A stretch of DNA of 40,075 bases from an uncultured Gemmatimonadaceae bacterium (lineage in GTDB: Bacteria; Gemmatimonadota; Gemmatimonadetes; Gemmatimonadales; Gemmatimonadaceae), in the NCBI GenBank assembly GCA_967720205.1, contig CBQVAZ010000001.1:1-40075 (forward strand), given 5' to 3'. Position numbers and translations under genes: made by a program. A model generated the notes under the pieces. The model saw only the letters and a list, made by a program, of their open reading frames with translations, ran no database searches and was not told where the DNA came from. Positions 36,353-40,075 of the stretch are shown here, piece by piece (positions within the stretch are counted from its first letter, which is position 1; each line of letters begins with the position of its first letter).

Positions 36353-37241
36353 CGTCGGCCTAACGCCGCTCGCCCTCGAGCGTGAGACCGTAGATCGTGC
36401 CTTACGCGACGTCACGGCGCAGCAGCTGGAGAATTGCGCCGGCAGCGTGGCAGACGCTGTGCGGTATGCGCTGGAGGGAAGCGGGAAGCGCATCCGCGGC
36501 GCGATCGTCCTCGCGTCATATCGTGCGTGCGGGGGCCACGGCGACGCGTCACGTCTTGCCGCTGCAGTAGAGATCGTGCATGCGTACTCGCTCGTGCACG
36601 ATGACCTGCCGTGCATGGATGACGATGCCTTCCGGCGTGGACGGCCGACCGTGCATCGTGCCTTCGACGTGCGCACAGCGACGATCGCCGGCGTAGCCAT
36701 GGTTCCGATCGCCGTGCGCAGTGCCTATCGAGCGGCACGAGAGCTTGGCCGCTCAGCGGAGCAAGCAACCGAAATCGTGCGCGAGCTGATGCGCGCGTCA
36801 GGCGCCTCAGGAATGGTTGGCGGTCAGTGGCTTGATCTCGCTGCTGCGGGCGGCGACACCACTGTGCAGGAGTTGGAGCGTATGCATCGCATGAAGACAG
36901 GCGCGCTGCTCTGCGCGAGCGCTCGCATCGGCGCGCGTGCGGCGAACGCGTCGGAGCAGATCGTCGCCGCGCTGGATCGCTTCGGAGCAGAGGTCGGACT
37001 CGCATTTCAGATCGTGGATGACGTGCTGGACGTAACTTCCACGTCTGACGTATTGGGGAAAACAGCGGGGAGCGACGCGTCGCGCGGGAAGCGCACCTTT
37101 CCGGCGCTGCTCGGCGTCAACGGCGCATTGGATCGTGCACGTGAGCATGTTTCGGCTGCGTGTGAAGCGCTCGCGGCGCAGGGAATCCTGAGCGACGAGC
37201 TGGACGCGCTGGCCCGTTACGCTGTGGAACGGCGGGCATAG
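36345..37241 (+). CDS. ispA: Polyprenyl (farnesyl/geranylgeranyl) diphosphate synthase
   Basis: First and second Asp-rich motifs (LVHDDLPCMDDDAFRRG, FQIVDDVLD). The xseB-ispA-dxs order is as in E. coli. Confidence 0.9.
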   Translation: MVDVGLTPLALERETVDRALRDVTAQQLENCAGSVADAVRYALEGSGKRIRGAIVLASYRACGGHGDASRLAAAVEIVHAYSLVHDDLPCMDDDAFRRGRPTVHRAFDVRTATIAGVAMVPIAVRSAYRAARELGRSAEQATEIVRELMRASGASGMVGGQWLDLAAAGGDTTVQELERMHRMKTGALLCASARIGARAANASEQIVAALDRFGAEVGLAFQIVDDVLDVTSTSDVLGKTAGSDASRGKRTFPALLGVNGALDRAREHVSAACEALAAQGILSDELDALARYAVERRA

Positions 37242-37261
37242 GCCCGCCGTACAGGAGCACC

Positions 37262-39145
37262 ATGTCGTTGCTTGATTCGATCCATTCGCCTGACGATTTA
37301 CGCCGCCTGACGAAGGACCAACTTCCGCAGGTGGCGGCCGAGCTGCGCGCGCGTCTGATCGACGTCTGCTCGCGCACGGGCGGGCACATCGGAGCAGGGC
37401 TTGGCGTCGTGGAGCTGACGATCGCGCTGCATTACGCGTTCGACACGCCGCGCGACCAGCTGGTGTGGGACGTCGGACATCAAGGCTATCCGCACAAGGT
37501 GCTCACGGGCCGCAACGAGCAGCTCGAGACGCTGCGCACCGAAGGCGGCCTCTCCGGCTTCCTCAAGCGTTCGGAAAGCGCGTACGACGTGTTCGGCGCC
37601 GGCCACGCGGCCACGGCGATTTCAGCCGCGTTAGGTGTTGCCGCCGGCAGGGACTTGGTGGGGGGCAACTACAAGGTCGTCGCGGTCGTGGGAGATGGCG
37701 CCCTGACATGCGGTCTCGCGTACGAGGGTCTCAACAACTCCGGCGCTTCGGAGCGCGACATCATCGTCATCCTCAACGACAACGAGATGTCGATCGCGCC
37801 TAACGTGGGCGCGATATCCAAGTACCTCACGCAGATCCAGCGTAATCCGCTGTACAATCGCGTGCGCGCCAAGATCGGCGACATCATCGAGCACGCGCCG
37901 GCGATCAACAACCTCGTGCGCAAGTGGGAAGAGTCGATGAAGTCCTTCCTCACGCCGGGCGTGCTATTCGAAGAACTGGGCTTCCGCTACTTCGGCCCCA
38001 TCGATGGCCACAATGTCGCTGCGATGGTCGATCTCTTTTCCGCCATTCGCCCGCACACAGGCGCGCGCCTCGTGCATGTCGTCACGCAGAAGGGCAAAGG
38101 ATTCCCGGCAGGCGAACACGTCGAGAAGTGGCACGCGTTGCCGCCGGGACACGATCCCTCGACAGGCAAGCAGGTCAAATCCTCGTCAGGCAACGCGAAC
38201 TACACCTCGATCTTCGGCCAGGGCTTGGCAGATCTGATGCGCGAGCGCGAAGACGTCGTGGCGATCACCGCCGCCATGCCGAGTGGCACTGGCACGGCCA
38301 CCGTCGCGAAAGCATGGCCCAAAAGATTCTTCGACGTCGGGATCGCCGAGGGGCACGCAGTCACGTTCGCCGCGGGGCTCGCGACGCGTGGCATCCACCC
38401 CGTTTGCGCGATCTACTCCACGTTCCTCCAGCGCGCGTACGACAACATCATCCATGATGTGGCCGTGCAGTCGCTCCCGGTCGTCTTTGCCATGGACCGC
38501 GCAGGACTCGTGGGCGAGGACGGCGAAACGCACATGGGTCTCTACGATATCGCTTACATGCTCGCCGTGCCGGGCATGACTGTCACGGCACCGAAGGATA
38601 GTCGCGAGATGCTGGCGCTCTTGCGCACTGGCGTTATGCATAACGCGGGACCGTTCGCACTGCGCTATCCGCGTGACGCCGCTCCGGACATCCCACCGCC
38701 GATGAGCGAGATCGGGCCCACACCATTCGCGTCGTGGGAAGTCCTGCGCAGCGGCAGCGGCGACTTCGCGATCCTCGCCGTTGGCACGATGGTCCTGCCG
38801 TCGCTCGCCGCGGCAGAGACGCTCGCGCAGGAAGGCTTCGACATCACCGTCGTCAACTGCCGCTTCCTCAAGCCGCACGACGAAGTCACGCTGGCGGCGC
38901 TGTTGTCCAACCATCACCACTTTCTCGTGGTGGAAGAAGGGAGCGTGACGAACGGCTTCGGCGCGTATATAAGCGCGGTCGTGCAGCGAATTGACGCGAA
39001 CGTGCGCGTGGCGACGCACGGTGTTCCCGACCGCATCATGTACGCGGCGCCGCGCGCTCGACAGCTCGCGTCGTGCGGTCTCGATGCCGCCGGCATCGCG
39101 GCGAAAGTGCGAGCGCTGAACGCGACCGAGGCAATGACTCCGTGA
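37262..39145 (+). CDS. dxs: 1-deoxy-D-xylulose-5-phosphate synthase
   Basis: GGHIGAGLGVVELT, GHQGYPHK, GDGALTCG and the transketolase-like pyrimidine-binding and C-terminal domains; 627 aa. Confidence 0.95.
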   Translation: MSLLDSIHSPDDLRRLTKDQLPQVAAELRARLIDVCSRTGGHIGAGLGVVELTIALHYAFDTPRDQLVWDVGHQGYPHKVLTGRNEQLETLRTEGGLSGFLKRSESAYDVFGAGHAATAISAALGVAAGRDLVGGNYKVVAVVGDGALTCGLAYEGLNNSGASERDIIVILNDNEMSIAPNVGAISKYLTQIQRNPLYNRVRAKIGDIIEHAPAINNLVRKWEESMKSFLTPGVLFEELGFRYFGPIDGHNVAAMVDLFSAIRPHTGARLVHVVTQKGKGFPAGEHVEKWHALPPGHDPSTGKQVKSSSGNANYTSIFGQGLADLMREREDVVAITAAMPSGTGTATVAKAWPKRFFDVGIAEGHAVTFAAGLATRGIHPVCAIYSTFLQRAYDNIIHDVAVQSLPVVFAMDRAGLVGEDGETHMGLYDIAYMLAVPGMTVTAPKDSREMLALLRTGVMHNAGPFALRYPRDAAPDIPPPMSEIGPTPFASWEVLRSGSGDFAILAVGTMVLPSLAAAETLAQEGFDITVVNCRFLKPHDEVTLAALLSNHHHFLVVEEGSVTNGFGAYISAVVQRIDANVRVATHGVPDRIMYAAPRARQLASCGLDAAGIAAKVRALNATEAMTP

Positions 39146-40017
39146 TGCGCGTCGGCGTCGTCGGCAACCTGGGCTACGCCGATCTGCAAAGCGTTCTCCG
39201 GCAACTCGGCCGCATGGCGCCGGACGCGGGTGCCGAACTTGTCTTCGAGCCGGAGCTGCAGTCGCTGCTCGGCGAGCACGCGCGTCCATTCGATACCGCG
39301 GGTGTTGATGCGCTCATCACGTTAGGCGGCGACGGGACACTGCTCCGCGCCGCGCGACTGCTCGGTGGACGCGAGATTCCGATCCTCGGCGTCAACTTCG
39401 GCCAGCTCGGCTTTCTCACGGCGTGCCGCCGCGACGATGCGGAGCTTGCCCTCAAGCGGCTGGTGGCTGGTGACTTCCTGGCCGAGTCGCGCATGGTGCT
39501 CGAGGCGTTCACCATGCCGACCAAAGGCGAGCGCTGGTACGCGCTCAACGATGTCGTGCTGCACATCGCGGGCAAGGCGCGTATGATGCGCCTGCGCATC
39601 GAAGCGGACGGCGAGCTTGTCGGTTCATTCGCGGCCGACGGGCTCATCGCGTCGACGCCAACGGGATCCACGGCGTACTCGCTGAGCGCGGGCGGTCCGG
39701 TCGTCGATCCCGCGCTTGATTCGATCATCCTAACGCCGGTTTCGGCGCATACGCTCGCGATTCGGCCTTTACTCCTGCGTCCCATGGCAACGGTCGCCGT
39801 ATGGACCGAAGGCGATGCCGCCGAGCGGCGCCTAACGGTCGACGGCCAGGCTGGACGCTCACTAGCCGATGGCGAGGCGATGTGCGTTCGTCGTGCCGAT
39901 CACCGCGTGCTCCTCGTACGGTTCCCCGATACGAGCTTTTTCCGTCGGCTGCGACAAAAGCTGGCCTGGACCACGCCAGCTGGTAGTGAGGAAGCCGGCG
40001 GCTCCGCCGACGACTGA
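39145..40017 (+). CDS. nadK: NAD kinase
   Basis: GGDGTLL motif (ITLGGDGTLLRAARL), NDVV and STPTGSTAYSLSAGGP. ATG 39145 shares one base with the dxs stop codon. The track start at 39073 lies inside dxs. Confidence 0.9.
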   Translation: MRVGVVGNLGYADLQSVLRQLGRMAPDAGAELVFEPELQSLLGEHARPFDTAGVDALITLGGDGTLLRAARLLGGREIPILGVNFGQLGFLTACRRDDAELALKRLVAGDFLAESRMVLEAFTMPTKGERWYALNDVVLHIAGKARMMRLRIEADGELVGSFAADGLIASTPTGSTAYSLSAGGPVVDPALDSIILTPVSAHTLAIRPLLLRPMATVAVWTEGDAAERRLTVDGQAGRSLADGEAMCVRRADHRVLLVRFPDTSFFRRLRQKLAWTTPAGSEEAGGSADD

Positions 40018-40075
40018 TGTTGACCGAACTCCGCATCCGCGATCTCGCCATCATCAAGGATGTGAAGCTCTCGCT
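40017..40075 (+). CDS. recN: DNA repair protein RecN, 5' end (partial; runs off the window)
   Basis: MLTELRIRDLAIIKDVKLS is a typical RecN N-terminus. The ATG shares a base with the nadK TGA, and nadK-recN adjacency is common. Only 19 codons are visible. Confidence 0.6.
   Translation, partial: MLTELRIRDLAIIKDVKLS

Larger units (their letters stand above)
692..39836. repeat. Dispersed over-represented short motif CGTTAGGY / RCCTAACG (hexamer core GTTAGG/CCTAAC, about 82 copies)
   Basis: Hand scan. GTTAGG starts at 1204, 1954, 2241, 2781, 3601, 4199, 5364, 5983, 6885, 7158, 8047, 8263, 8760, 9035, 9236, 10356, 11744, 13216, 13336, 13669, 14656, 15063, 16229, 20314, 20812, 21097, 21412, 22720, 23370, 23912, 25115, 25331, 25522, 25678, 26726, 27545, 28381, 29454, 29731, 30078, 30276, 30663, 33528, 34421, 34580, 35244, 35858, 37630, 39321. 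CCTAAC starts at 692, 1923, 2431, 4106, 4418, 9621, 10751, 11436, 12369, 15862, 16828, 17187, 17578, 17706, 18490, 19474, 19598, 20060, 21897, 22358, 24435, 24834, 25997, 28120, 29242, 31111, 33025, 34072, 34947, 36359, 37799, 39729, 39831. Confidence 0.8.

Noticed and set aside
38631-38646. Perfect 16-bp palindrome GCGTTATGCATAACGC inside dxs.
   Set aside because: A single occurrence in frame (TGVMHNA). About one perfect 16-bp palindrome is expected by chance in 40 kb of this composition by my rough estimate. It resembles two half-motifs (CGTTA/TAACG) but is not a motif copy.
692-39836. Reading the GTTAGG word as telomere-like TTAGGG, or as a Chi/KOPS-type oriented signal.
   Set aside because: Only 4 of the 49 forward copies continue as TTAGGG, and they are never tandem. 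The two orientations are interspersed essentially at random in a co-oriented gene block, which does not fit a replication-polar signal. A whole-genome skew test is still needed.
1-40075. CRISPR arrays, transposases or integrases, prophage genes, toxin-antitoxin pairs, restriction-modification or other known defence systems.
   Set aside because: None is recognisable. All substantial ORFs are accounted for by housekeeping families. The only repeats are the short word, the four palindromic elements and the heptamer arrays.

Overview
High-GC (by eye about two-thirds G+C) bacterial chromosomal segment. It carries about 45 genes, almost all on the + strand, and many are translationally coupled through ATGA/GTGA overlaps. 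Content is core housekeeping: asparaginase-family protein, obg, dprA, hemW-hrcA-dnaJ-prmA-rsmE, a HIT protein, a DUF4159 protein, rpsU-mutS2-dnaG, recJ, rsmD-coaD, pta, a STAS/kinase/PP2C partner-switching trio, rsmA, rex (the only complete minus-strand gene), arcA-like, a DnaQ-like exonuclease plus an MBL hydrolase, infC-rpmI-rplT-pheS-pheT, zapB-like/zapA, rny, folD, xseA-xseB-ispA-dxs-nadK and the start of recN. I see no transposase, integrase, phage genes, CRISPR array, rRNA or tRNA, and no recognisable defence island. Gene order and GC suggest a Gemmatimonadota-like or similar lineage, but that is only a guess. The unusual signals are in the DNA itself, not in the gene content. (1) An octamer, CGTTAGGY / RCCTAACG, occurs about once per 500 bp in both orientations and in every permitted reading frame. 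It is written with normally rare codons (TTA, CTA, AGG) and sometimes supplies the stop codon. (2) A family of about 110-120 nt imperfect palindromic elements (AAAGCGG-AGCGCGGAC ... GTCCGCGCT-CCGCTTTTG) sits just after four + strand genes, and two copies bracket the DUF4159 gene. (3) Tandem heptamer arrays (GGTCAGA / TCTGACC) form a 4+4 inverted structure between rplT and pheS and a 4-unit array over the asparaginase start. Other points are a structured leader with an intrinsic terminator upstream of infC, a perfect Rex operator, and a candidate 6S RNA locus downstream of zapA.
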